Assembly (NCBI GenBank): GCA_942491885.1
Contig: CALOCQ010000010.1
Location: 13,907 to 77,906, forward strand
Source of the DNA: an uncultured Pseudomonadota bacterium
Lineage (GTDB): Bacteria; Pseudomonadota; Gammaproteobacteria; Steroidobacterales; Woeseiaceae
Length of the DNA: 64,000 nt
Direction of reading: 5' to 3'
The position numbers and the translations under genes were made by a program. Each line of letters begins with the position of its first letter. Within the stretch, counting starts at the first letter, position 1. Below, piece after piece: positions 40,527-48,684 of this stretch. Below the pieces are notes generated by a model. That model was not told the DNA's origin, did no database searches, and worked only from the letters and a program-made list of their open reading frames with translations.

Positions 40527-42113
40527 ATGAGCCGATGGATTGTCTTTATCACTCTGATCGGTCTGGCGGCCTGTCATGACGCGACGGTGCCCGCAGACCA
40601 TAACGCAGTCGCCGAAACGCAACCGCAACGACCAACATTCAGCCTGACCACGAGCGAGGCGTATGACATAGCAGCGATTGGCAGTTACGCGAATGTGCAT
40701 CAGGCGATTTACGATCACATCGATGCCAGCCAGCAAGGCCACCTTGCCGCGATCCAGCGCTGGCTGCGCCAACCGTCAATCTCGGCGCAGAACGTGGGCG
40801 TGACAGAAATGGCGGAAATGCTGCGTAACGATCTCGAGGCGATCGGTTTTAGCGAAACGACGCTGGTGCCTACCAAGGGCCACCCGGGCGTTTGGGGCTA
40901 CTATGACGCCGGTGCTGAAACGACGCTCGTGCTGTATATGATGTACGACGTCCAGCCCGTGAACCCGGACGACTGGCAGAGTCCGCCGTTTGACGCCGAG
41001 CTCATCGACCACGAGCTTGGCAAGGTGTTGATGGCGCGCGGCGCGACGAATCAGAAAGGCCCGCAGCGCGCATTCCTCAATGCACTCGAATCGATTATTG
41101 CGGTCAACGGTACACTGCCCGTCAATATCATGGTGGCGGCAGAGGGAGAAGAGGAACTCGGCTCGCCAAACTACCCGCAGATTGTCGATGCCTATGAGGC
41201 GCGTCTAAAGACTGCCGATGCGGTGCTATTTCCATTCAATTCCCAATCGCCCGATGGCGACGTGTCTTTCTTGCTGGGCGTCAAAGGCATCATTTACTTC
41301 GAACTCATCGCCAATGGTGGCGAGTGGGGCGGGCCGGCCGTCGCGGAAATTCACGGCTCCTACAAGGCGATCGTTGACTCGCCGGTATGGCAGCTTGTGC
41401 AGGCGCTGGCGTCGTTGACAACGCCCGATGGCAACACGATCCGTGTGCCGGGGTACTACGACGGTGTCCGTCCGCCGAGCGACGAAGAGTCGCGGCTGAT
41501 CAATGCGAGTGTCGAGGATCGCAATGATCGACAAATGCAGGAATCATTCGGTGTCAGTCGATGGATTGACGGCAAGACCGGTACCGACGCGGTCGTCGAG
41601 TTGCTGTTCCAACCGACATTGAATATCGATGGTATTTACGGCGGCTACACCGGCGAGGGCACGAAGACGATCCTGCCGCACCGCGCGGTCGCAAAAGTGG
41701 ATTCGCGGCTGCCACCGGGCCTCGACCCGGACGTGTCACTGGCGAAGATCCGGGCGCATCTCGACGATGAGGGTTTTTCGGACGTAGTGATGCGTAAAAT
41801 GTCGGCCTACCCCGCCGCGCAAACTTCGATCGAGGCGCCCGCGGTTAAGGCCGCCGTTTCGGTGTTTTCGAAATACGCCGGCAACGTTCGCATCCAGCCG
41901 CGCATCGCCGGCAGCGCGCCGTTTTATCAATTCACCGATCGCCTGGGCCTGCCTATGGTGCCGGCGGGACTGGGTTTCGGTACCGGCGCACATGCGCCCA
42001 ACGAAATCATGTTGATCTATCCGGCTGACGGCGTCGCTGCGGCGGGACTGGCGGAGATCGAAAAAGGCTATGTCGATTTCGTGTTTGCGCTGGCCGGTGA
42101 CCAGGCGCGCTGA
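40527..42113 (+). CDS. M20-family metallopeptidase (dipeptidase-like), lipoprotein
   Basis: Lipobox ITLIGLAAC. M20 motifs (LVLYMMYDVQPV, ARGATNQKGP, AAEGEEELGS). Start at 40521 or 40527. Confidence 0.85.
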   Translation: MSRWIVFITLIGLAACHDATVPADHNAVAETQPQRPTFSLTTSEAYDIAAIGSYANVHQAIYDHIDASQQGHLAAIQRWLRQPSISAQNVGVTEMAEMLRNDLEAIGFSETTLVPTKGHPGVWGYYDAGAETTLVLYMMYDVQPVNPDDWQSPPFDAELIDHELGKVLMARGATNQKGPQRAFLNALESIIAVNGTLPVNIMVAAEGEEELGSPNYPQIVDAYEARLKTADAVLFPFNSQSPDGDVSFLLGVKGIIYFELIANGGEWGGPAVAEIHGSYKAIVDSPVWQLVQALASLTTPDGNTIRVPGYYDGVRPPSDEESRLINASVEDRNDRQMQESFGVSRWIDGKTGTDAVVELLFQPTLNIDGIYGGYTGEGTKTILPHRAVAKVDSRLPPGLDPDVSLAKIRAHLDDEGFSDVVMRKMSAYPAAQTSIEAPAVKAAVSVFSKYAGNVRIQPRIAGSAPFYQFTDRLGLPMVPAGLGFGTGAHAPNEIMLIYPADGVAAAGLAEIEKGYVDFVFALAGDQAR

Positions 42114-42121
42114 GGCGTGGG

Positions 42122-42724
42122 CTAGTTAGGGTTGCCTGTGGCAGCGCGTAGTTCACCGAGCACCGCGAGTACGTCTGCGCGACTGTGATTTTCGCGCCAA
42201 CGGACGTAGGGCCGGCGGGAATCGCCTGCCGCGTGCAGCGTTACGTCATTGGCCGCATAGATCATGCGAATCTGATCGGGCGTTACGGCGAAGTAGCCGC
42301 TAAGCGCTCCTGCGACGGGCCGACGGAAAGGCGACTCACTCAGGCCGACGCCCCGCGCATGCCATGCGCTTGCGCTAAGTTGCATGGGCTCGCCGTCAAC
42401 GAGTACGACCAGATCTGCGAATGCAGCGCTTTCGTCTTGTCCTTTCGCATCAGCCATCGTGCTCCAGATGCCCAGCCACAAGTAATATTGATGGTTGCCC
42501 ATACGATTGACCATCAGCGGTGCAACCTGCAGGTAATCGCGCGCATAGGCGGCACGGCCGGGTTCACTGCGAAAAAATACGTCCGGCGAGCTGATTGTCA
42601 TGTAGCTGGCACCGGTGAATTCATCCAGATTCTGATTCGCGCCCGTGCGGACCGACGAGCAACCAATGAGTGCAAGCGTGCCGATAAGGCAGGTCAGATA
42701 TCTCAGGCAGGCAGGTCGAATCAC
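42122..42724 (-). CDS. lipoprotein of unknown function; last gene of the cytochrome operon
   Basis: Lipobox LALIGC. 200 aa with no motif I recognise. It starts 10 nt after the stop of the barrel gene. Confidence 0.65.
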   Translation of the reverse strand: MIRPACLRYLTCLIGTLALIGCSSVRTGANQNLDEFTGASYMTISSPDVFFRSEPGRAAYARDYLQVAPLMVNRMGNHQYYLWLGIWSTMADAKGQDESAAFADLVVLVDGEPMQLSASAWHARGVGLSESPFRRPVAGALSGYFAVTPDQIRMIYAANDVTLHAAGDSRRPYVRWRENHSRADVLAVLGELRAATGNPN

Positions 42725-42734
42725 GGCGAAAATC

Positions 42735-44834
42735 CTAGTAGATGAGCTGATAGCCGAGCATGACGTAGTTCGAGTCGCGGTCGATGTCTCCGCTGGCCGT
42801 CGTGCGGCTGGCTATCTGCCGGCCTGCCTCGAATTCGACGCGTACATTGCGACCGCTGCGCCACAATGCGCGCAGGCCTGGCGTGAATATCCACTCATCG
42901 CTCTGGTCCGATTTGATTTGTCGATAGTCGACACGTAAGCGGGGACTCAGGAAAAAACTGCGCCGCAGTGGCCAACGGTTATTCAGGTTCAGCGTATAGA
43001 CGCGTGTCGTTGACGAGTCCGCATAACGCACCCCACTTACATAGATGTCGCCTTGCTTGAACAGGCTGCTCGCGACGAGGCTGGTGGAAAAATACTGATA
43101 GCTGTTTTCTGCCTGGCCCGGCACACCGCCGGAATCCGGCGTGGCTGCGATGTCGGTATTGGTTGCGTTCATATTCAATTGCAAACGCGGCGTTAACGGG
43201 CTGGACACGCCTACCGTCATTGTCGTTGCTTCCGGCGCGCGATCCAGTGCGAGTTGGCGTAGCTCTTCCTCAGTAAACAGCACCGCAAGCTCGTCGAACG
43301 AATCGACCTGTTGCCCCATCATTGCATTGCCAATACTCAGGAACTGGCTGCGTCTTCGGTCGACAATACCGCTTATCGTCAGCCCGGAATTTGATCGCCA
43401 TGCGCCTTGCACGAACAGCCCACCCATCTCCTGGAATGCAGTGTCATAGTCCATCTGACCCCAGAGGCTAAGTGACTCGGAAAAATATCTTAGCTCGGTG
43501 CCGACGACCTGCCGGTCAACCATGCCGTCGATCGTTTGCTGTAGTGCGAATACACCGACGTTAACGCGTTCGTCGAGCAGGTCCCGATTGGCACTGATGC
43601 CGTAAAATACCCGCGAGTTGTCTGCGCCGCGGGTAGCCGAATACACGGGGCGACCAGCCACCGCATCGAGTTCCCAGCGATCGCCTAATCGATAGTCGAC
43701 GTTGATGCCATCGAAGCGGCCGAGTACGCCGCCCGAGTTGCGCGACTGTCGACCAATCCGGGTGCCCAGGCCGGTGGCGCTGTCGCGCAGGTCGGCGTAG
43801 GCATATGACAGGCGAAGGTCGTTGGCGCTGGTTTGCGATTGGTCGAGCAGATCGTGGCGGTAGCCTGCGGTGATGCGGCTCGAAAAATCAAAGCGCTCAC
43901 CGCGGCGTCTGGCGTCGACGCTGATGTCGGAGAACACCGCCGATTGACTGACGATTGCGTCGTTGTCAGCGAATTGGTTCTCGTCGCGCCGATAGCGCTG
44001 CGCAAGGAAACTGGCGATTTGCCAGTCGCCACCGCTAGCCACCGTACCGCCACTGTTTGTCGTTGCCGTTGCCGGTGCCGCCCCGTTGGTGTGAGCCGCG
44101 ATTAACGCTGCGAGTCGTTGTTCCACGCGCGCCGCCGCGTCATGTGCGGGGTAGTTGGCGAGGAATCGTTCGTATTCGGCCTTGGCATGCGCGACCTGGT
44201 TGTTTTTCTGACGTGCCAGTCCAAGATATTCCTGAGCCTGCGGGTGATGCGTTGTCTCCGGTTGCTGCAGCACCTTGGTGAAAATCTGGATCGCGACCGA
44301 CAGCTGGCCGGCCATCATTGCGTTGCGGCCATCGGCCATTAATGAGGCCAGCGCGTCGTCGTCCAGTGTTCTGGTACTGGCCTGCTTGATGGCGGGCGGC
44401 GCAGCGGGTTGGACAACAGCGGGCAGGGTATCGGACGACGACGCTTTCGCCTGTGCGATCCAGGCTCCGGGGTAGTCCTGGCGGACCGCCTCGAGGGCAT
44501 CATTCGCCTCGGCGAGCGATCCGAAGACGCCGAGCTGTACCCGATACCAGGTGCGCCCGTCGAGCCGGGTTGTCTCGATCATCACCCGTTTGCCATCGAC
44601 AGCAGGACTGATGAGAAGGTCGGCCTGCGTCGGTATGCGTTGCATCGAGGCGAGATTGATGACGTAGCGACGCGCGCCCGGTGTTGATCGCTTGACCAGC
44701 CGGGTTACGCGCGGTGGCCCATCGGGTTGGTGTTCCTGCACCAGTGGCGCACCGTCGGCCAAAGCGAGCTGTATCGGCAGCACACAGCACATCAGAATGA
44801 CCGTGCTGGTATGTGGTCGTCGTGGCGCTCGCAT
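42735..44834 (-). CDS. outer-membrane protein: SPOR-like + TPR + C-terminal beta-barrel
   Basis: The ATG at 44834 lies 4 nt after the upstream stop and gives signal peptide ...VILMCCVLPIQLALA. A SPOR-like segment (YVINLASMQ...WYRVQLGVFGSLAEANDALEAVRQDYPGAWI). A TPR segment (...QEYLGLARQKNNQVAHAKAEYERFLANYP). About 420 aa of alternating-strand sequence ends GYQLIY. Confidence 0.75.
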   Translation of the reverse strand: MRAPRRPHTSTVILMCCVLPIQLALADGAPLVQEHQPDGPPRVTRLVKRSTPGARRYVINLASMQRIPTQADLLISPAVDGKRVMIETTRLDGRTWYRVQLGVFGSLAEANDALEAVRQDYPGAWIAQAKASSSDTLPAVVQPAAPPAIKQASTRTLDDDALASLMADGRNAMMAGQLSVAIQIFTKVLQQPETTHHPQAQEYLGLARQKNNQVAHAKAEYERFLANYPAHDAAARVEQRLAALIAAHTNGAAPATATTNSGGTVASGGDWQIASFLAQRYRRDENQFADNDAIVSQSAVFSDISVDARRRGERFDFSSRITAGYRHDLLDQSQTSANDLRLSYAYADLRDSATGLGTRIGRQSRNSGGVLGRFDGINVDYRLGDRWELDAVAGRPVYSATRGADNSRVFYGISANRDLLDERVNVGVFALQQTIDGMVDRQVVGTELRYFSESLSLWGQMDYDTAFQEMGGLFVQGAWRSNSGLTISGIVDRRRSQFLSIGNAMMGQQVDSFDELAVLFTEEELRQLALDRAPEATTMTVGVSSPLTPRLQLNMNATNTDIAATPDSGGVPGQAENSYQYFSTSLVASSLFKQGDIYVSGVRYADSSTTRVYTLNLNNRWPLRRSFFLSPRLRVDYRQIKSDQSDEWIFTPGLRALWRSGRNVRVEFEAGRQIASRTTASGDIDRDSNYVMLGYQLIY

Positions 44835-44838
44835 CGTG

Positions 44839-46185
44839 CTAGAACTCCCCACTTGAAATGCGGTGCTCGGGTCCCGGGCGATTTTCCTTGATCGTGGTCT
44901 CCGTGCTGTCGTTATAGATGTGGCACGAGCCTGAGCAATCCTGCAGTTCGCCAAGCGTGTAGCGTACATCCGGATTTTCATATTTTTTGTGCGGGCCAGG
45001 CTCAAAATCGTTTGCGTGGCAGCCGGCACAGTTGGGCTGGTAGGCGGGTGCACGCCAATTGATGATGGCATTGTTGGCGCTGTGGCAATCGGTGCAGGCA
45101 AGATTGCCGCGATGATCCAGCGGCTCATATCCGAGCGCGAGGTGGCGATAGGTATGAGGTACCCACGCGGTCGTCAGGTGGCAGTCGTTGCACTCCTGCA
45201 TCGTGATGAAATGGTCCGGCGTCTTCGGTGTCGCCGAGCTGCCATCGTGGCAGGACGTACATGACCCCAGGACCTGCGTGTGATCGACACGCGTTGCCGG
45301 CGTCCATGTCACCGGGCTATGGCAGTCCTCGCACACATCGGTCGTCAGGATGTGCATCGGGCTCTTGCCGGTGGCATCGCGACCGTTATGGCAGCTCACG
45401 CAGTTGCCGGTGACGTTGGTGTGATCGAAGGTCGCCGGTAGCCAGGCAACCGTTGTATGACAATCGTCGCAGTTGTCGCCGCTGGCGATGTGGGTCGGAT
45501 GTTTGCCGGTGGCGTCGCTGCCATTGTGGCAGGAGACGCAACTGCCGAGCACCTGCATGTGATCCATTGCGATGGCCGGTTCCCAGAATGCGTTGCTATG
45601 GCAGTCCTCGCACACATCGGTCGTCAGGATGTGCATCGGGCTCTTGCCGGTGGCATCGCGACCGTTATGGCAGCTCACGCAGTTGCCGGTGACGTTGGTG
45701 TGATCGAAGCGTGCGGGCTCCCATGCCGTTGAGGAATGGCAGTCGTCGCATTGATCGCTTGATTGAATATGTGTCGGCGTCTTGCCCGTTGCGTTGATGC
45801 CGTTATGACATGAGCCGCAACTGCCCATCACCGCGGTATGGTCCATGTATGGAATCGCGTTCCAGCTGGATGTCGTATGGCAGTCGGCGCACTGCTGTGT
45901 TGTCGCTACATGATTCGGTGGTTTCATGGACGCGACGATGCGTGCGTTGGGTCCGTGGCATGACGCACAGTCCGGGCTGGTCGCGGCGAACGTACCGCCT
46001 GTGTGGCAGCCCTGGCAGGTAACCGTGGAATGCGCGCCGTCAAGCGGGAAGCCGGTGCTGAAGTGATCGAAGCGCTCCTGGGCGAGCGAGTTTGTGTTGA
46101 TGGCAGACAGCAGGATCAGTGCCAGCAGCGCAAGCCAGCGCGGCATGGCCTGACGGGCCTTCAGGTTTCGTGATTTGCAGATCAT
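44839..46185 (-). CDS. multihaem c-type cytochrome, 15 CxxCH + 1 CxxxCH (paired-CXXCH type repeats)
   Basis: I counted 15 CxxCH motifs plus CSGSCH. The ATG at 46185 overlaps the upstream TGA (ATGA). Signal peptide ...WLALLALILLSAINTNSLAQE. An alternative ATG is at 46146. Confidence 0.88.
   Translation of the reverse strand: MICKSRNLKARQAMPRWLALLALILLSAINTNSLAQERFDHFSTGFPLDGAHSTVTCQGCHTGGTFAATSPDCASCHGPNARIVASMKPPNHVATTQQCADCHTTSSWNAIPYMDHTAVMGSCGSCHNGINATGKTPTHIQSSDQCDDCHSSTAWEPARFDHTNVTGNCVSCHNGRDATGKSPMHILTTDVCEDCHSNAFWEPAIAMDHMQVLGSCVSCHNGSDATGKHPTHIASGDNCDDCHTTVAWLPATFDHTNVTGNCVSCHNGRDATGKSPMHILTTDVCEDCHSPVTWTPATRVDHTQVLGSCTSCHDGSSATPKTPDHFITMQECNDCHLTTAWVPHTYRHLALGYEPLDHRGNLACTDCHSANNAIINWRAPAYQPNCAGCHANDFEPGPHKKYENPDVRYTLGELQDCSGSCHIYNDSTETTIKENRPGPEHRISSGEF
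45316..45430. repeat. 115-bp exact direct repeat, copy A (inside the cytochrome gene)
   Basis: Base-for-base identical to 45595-45709. The offset is 279 bp, which is 93 codons. Confidence 0.95.
45595..45709. repeat. 115-bp exact direct repeat, copy B (inside the cytochrome gene)
   Basis: Base-for-base identical to 45316-45430. It encodes FDHTNVTGNCVSCHNGRDATGKSPMHILTTDVCEDCHS. Confidence 0.95.
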
Positions 46186-47747
46186 CGTATCGCCCTGACG
46201 TCGCGGAAGGAATCGGCAGAATGGCAGCGGGCGCAATCTTCGCCGAACTCCCCATCGTGTACGTCGTCGGCGCGATGACAGCTTCCGCAGGATTGCGAGC
46301 CGCCTTTCATCGCGGTGAGAGACTGGCGGTGACAACTGTTGCAGCTCACCTCGGCGTGCGCGCCGGAAAGTGCGAAATCGCTTTGACGGTTATGATCAAA
46401 GCGCCAATTTTCCCAGTCGACCGGCGTGTGGCAGGTCGCGCAGTCCGGCGTAAAGCGATTGTCGTGCGGATCTTCGTCGGCATGACAATCGACGCAGGCG
46501 CTTGGTGCATCAAGAAAAGCCTGAGTTTCGTGACAGGACTGGCATTCAACTTCGGCATGGTTGCCCAGTAACGGAAATGCCGTGAAGTCATGATCGAACA
46601 GGACCTGATCGAGCCAGCCAATCTCGTTATGGCAGGTCTGGCAGTCCTCGCCTTCCTGACCCTTGTGAACGTCGTCTGCCGCGTGGCAGCTGTAACAATC
46701 CTCGGCCAGGGCAACTTCGAATACCGGTTCGACGTGACAGGACTCACACGTTGCGTCGCGGTGCGCGCCGGCGAGTATGAATCCGGTGTCAGTGGCATGA
46801 TCGAAGGTTGTCGACTCCCATTCCTCATCGCTGTGACAGGTTTCGCAGTTGGGCCCGAAGTGGCGGTCGTGCGCGTCGTCCTGCTCGTGACAGGAAACGC
46901 AGGTTCGCTCGAGTCGGTCAGAAAAAGGATCGTCGCTGTGGCAGCTGGTGCAGTTGAGATCGGCATGGCCACCCGTCAATCCGAACAGCGTGTCGCGATT
47001 GTGATCGAAGGTGGTGTCCGTCCAATCAACTGTGTTGTGGCAACGGTCGCACTGGTCACCACTGCGCCCGTCATGCGCATCATCTTCCTTGTGGCAACCC
47101 ACGCAGGTGGTCGGCGCATTCTGGAATGTCGAGTCGGCGTGACAATCGAGACAGCCTGTACTCGCGTGGGCGCCTAGCAACGGGTAGTCGGTCAGGTCGT
47201 GGTCGAACTCTGCATCAAGCCAGGACTCGACGGTGTGGCAATCCTGGCAGCTTTCGCCCAGAAACGTTTCATGTGCATCGTCCGCTTGATGGCAATCGAT
47301 ACACTGTCCCGGCGCCTCACGGTACAGGGTATTTTCGACATGGCAGCTTTCGCACTGCACATCGGCGTGTTTGCCAAGCAATTCGAAATCGGTGAAACGG
47401 TGATCGAATGTAGCCTCATCAAATTTCACTATCGTTGCGTCGCGGCCTTCGTGGTCAGTATGACAGCTGGCGCATGTCATGCTGCTCGCAGACGGATCCC
47501 TGCCGTGAAAGCCTGTCGAGCTGTCAAGGTCTGCACCAACGTCTTCATGGCACACGACACACAGTTTTTGCTGGGCGCCACGATCAAATTTCTGGTGGCA
47601 GGAGCTGCACTCCGACTCGACCTCCGCATGGCCTTCGATGACTTTACCGGGCATAACCAGCGACTCCAGCGTGCCGGCTCGTGCGTCGCTTGTTGTCATC
47701 AGTAAAACGGTCATTACAAGTCCAAAAGTGATCCTGATCGATGTCAT
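46182..47747 (-). CDS. multihaem c-type cytochrome, 21 CxxCH (seven c7-like trihaem modules)
   Basis: I counted 21 CxxCH motifs. Six tandem units of about 66-69 aa each begin FDH...L.G.H....C..CH and contain three haem motifs, preceded by an N-terminal trihaem unit. Signal peptide MTSIRITFGLVMTVLLMTTSDARA. Confidence 0.9.
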   Translation of the reverse strand: MTSIRITFGLVMTVLLMTTSDARAGTLESLVMPGKVIEGHAEVESECSSCHQKFDRGAQQKLCVVCHEDVGADLDSSTGFHGRDPSASSMTCASCHTDHEGRDATIVKFDEATFDHRFTDFELLGKHADVQCESCHVENTLYREAPGQCIDCHQADDAHETFLGESCQDCHTVESWLDAEFDHDLTDYPLLGAHASTGCLDCHADSTFQNAPTTCVGCHKEDDAHDGRSGDQCDRCHNTVDWTDTTFDHNRDTLFGLTGGHADLNCTSCHSDDPFSDRLERTCVSCHEQDDAHDRHFGPNCETCHSDEEWESTTFDHATDTGFILAGAHRDATCESCHVEPVFEVALAEDCYSCHAADDVHKGQEGEDCQTCHNEIGWLDQVLFDHDFTAFPLLGNHAEVECQSCHETQAFLDAPSACVDCHADEDPHDNRFTPDCATCHTPVDWENWRFDHNRQSDFALSGAHAEVSCNSCHRQSLTAMKGGSQSCGSCHRADDVHDGEFGEDCARCHSADSFRDVRAIR

Positions 47748-47766
47748 GAAGCGTGCTTATGAATGC

Positions 47767-48651
47767 CTAATACATGTGTACGGCGAGTACATGAAACAGC
47801 GCCGACAAAATCATCATGAAAAAAATCGGCATATGAAAGACATGCCAGAGTGCGAACAGACGTTCGTAGAACGAGAACTGCGCAATACGCCCCATCAGTT
47901 GCGTGTAGTCACGGATGTAGCGGCGCGCAGCGCGCTTCAGGCGGTCGGCGTCTTTCGCGACTGCCGCCGATTGTTGGCCACTCGCGGCGAGCTCGCGATG
48001 GGCGAGTCGTGACAAAGACCAGCGCGTGTAGCGATGCGTCAGTGTCCAGCGCAGGCCGCGACGAAAGCCTAGTGAGCCGGACGATTTCTCAGCCTGAAGT
48101 TCTGTGGCGATTGTCTCGAGCCGACCAGCCAGTAACGGCATGAGTCGCGCCAGCCCCTGATTGCTCTCCATTGACGCGGCGAGCTCCTGCTGCAATTCGC
48201 GCAGCGAAGTCTTGCGACCATAGAGCCCCTTGTGGATGCGGGCATAAAAATGCCGCCCGATGATGCCGCTGCCAGCGACCAGCAGCATGCAGAACAGGGC
48301 CATCTGGCTGTTGAACGAGCCCAGCTGGAAGTTGCAGTGATAGAGCACCAGCAGCGGCCCGTACAGACCAAAGACCATGTGCATGTTGAACCAGTGCCTG
48401 GTCTTGCCGAGCCTATGCATGAACCGCCAGCGCTTGCGCAGCGGATAGAGCAGTAATACGAGCATCAGCGTGCCACCGGCAATACCAAGCCAATAGCCGA
48501 GCCCATGTTCGGGCGTAATCCATTCAACGTCACGGAATCGCCAGCCGATCGCGATCGATGCGATGGCAACCAGATAGCTGACCGGAATATTTTTGTACCA
48601 ACGCGGCGTGGCACGCAGCTTTCGCTGCATTGTTTCGGCTTTGGCGACCAT
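47767..48651 (-). CDS. 5-TM inner-membrane protein with two H-x13-H helices (candidate di-haem b protein)
   Basis: The helices are ...NMHMVFGLYGPLLVLYH... and ...FHMPIFFMMILSALFH... . A polar, coiled-coil-like insert of about 110 aa lies between TM4 and TM5. Confidence 0.7.
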   Translation of the reverse strand: MVAKAETMQRKLRATPRWYKNIPVSYLVAIASIAIGWRFRDVEWITPEHGLGYWLGIAGGTLMLVLLLYPLRKRWRFMHRLGKTRHWFNMHMVFGLYGPLLVLYHCNFQLGSFNSQMALFCMLLVAGSGIIGRHFYARIHKGLYGRKTSLRELQQELAASMESNQGLARLMPLLAGRLETIATELQAEKSSGSLGFRRGLRWTLTHRYTRWSLSRLAHRELAASGQQSAAVAKDADRLKRAARRYIRDYTQLMGRIAQFSFYERLFALWHVFHMPIFFMMILSALFHVLAVHMY

Positions 48652-48684
48652 TAGACGCGCTTCCTGATTACAGTTCGCATCACC

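Noticed and set aside
44835-45128. 98-codon N-terminal extension of the barrel-protein ORF
   Set aside because: It overlaps the 3' end of the 16-haem cytochrome gene in another frame. The internal ATG at 44834 yields a proper signal peptide 4 nt after the upstream stop.
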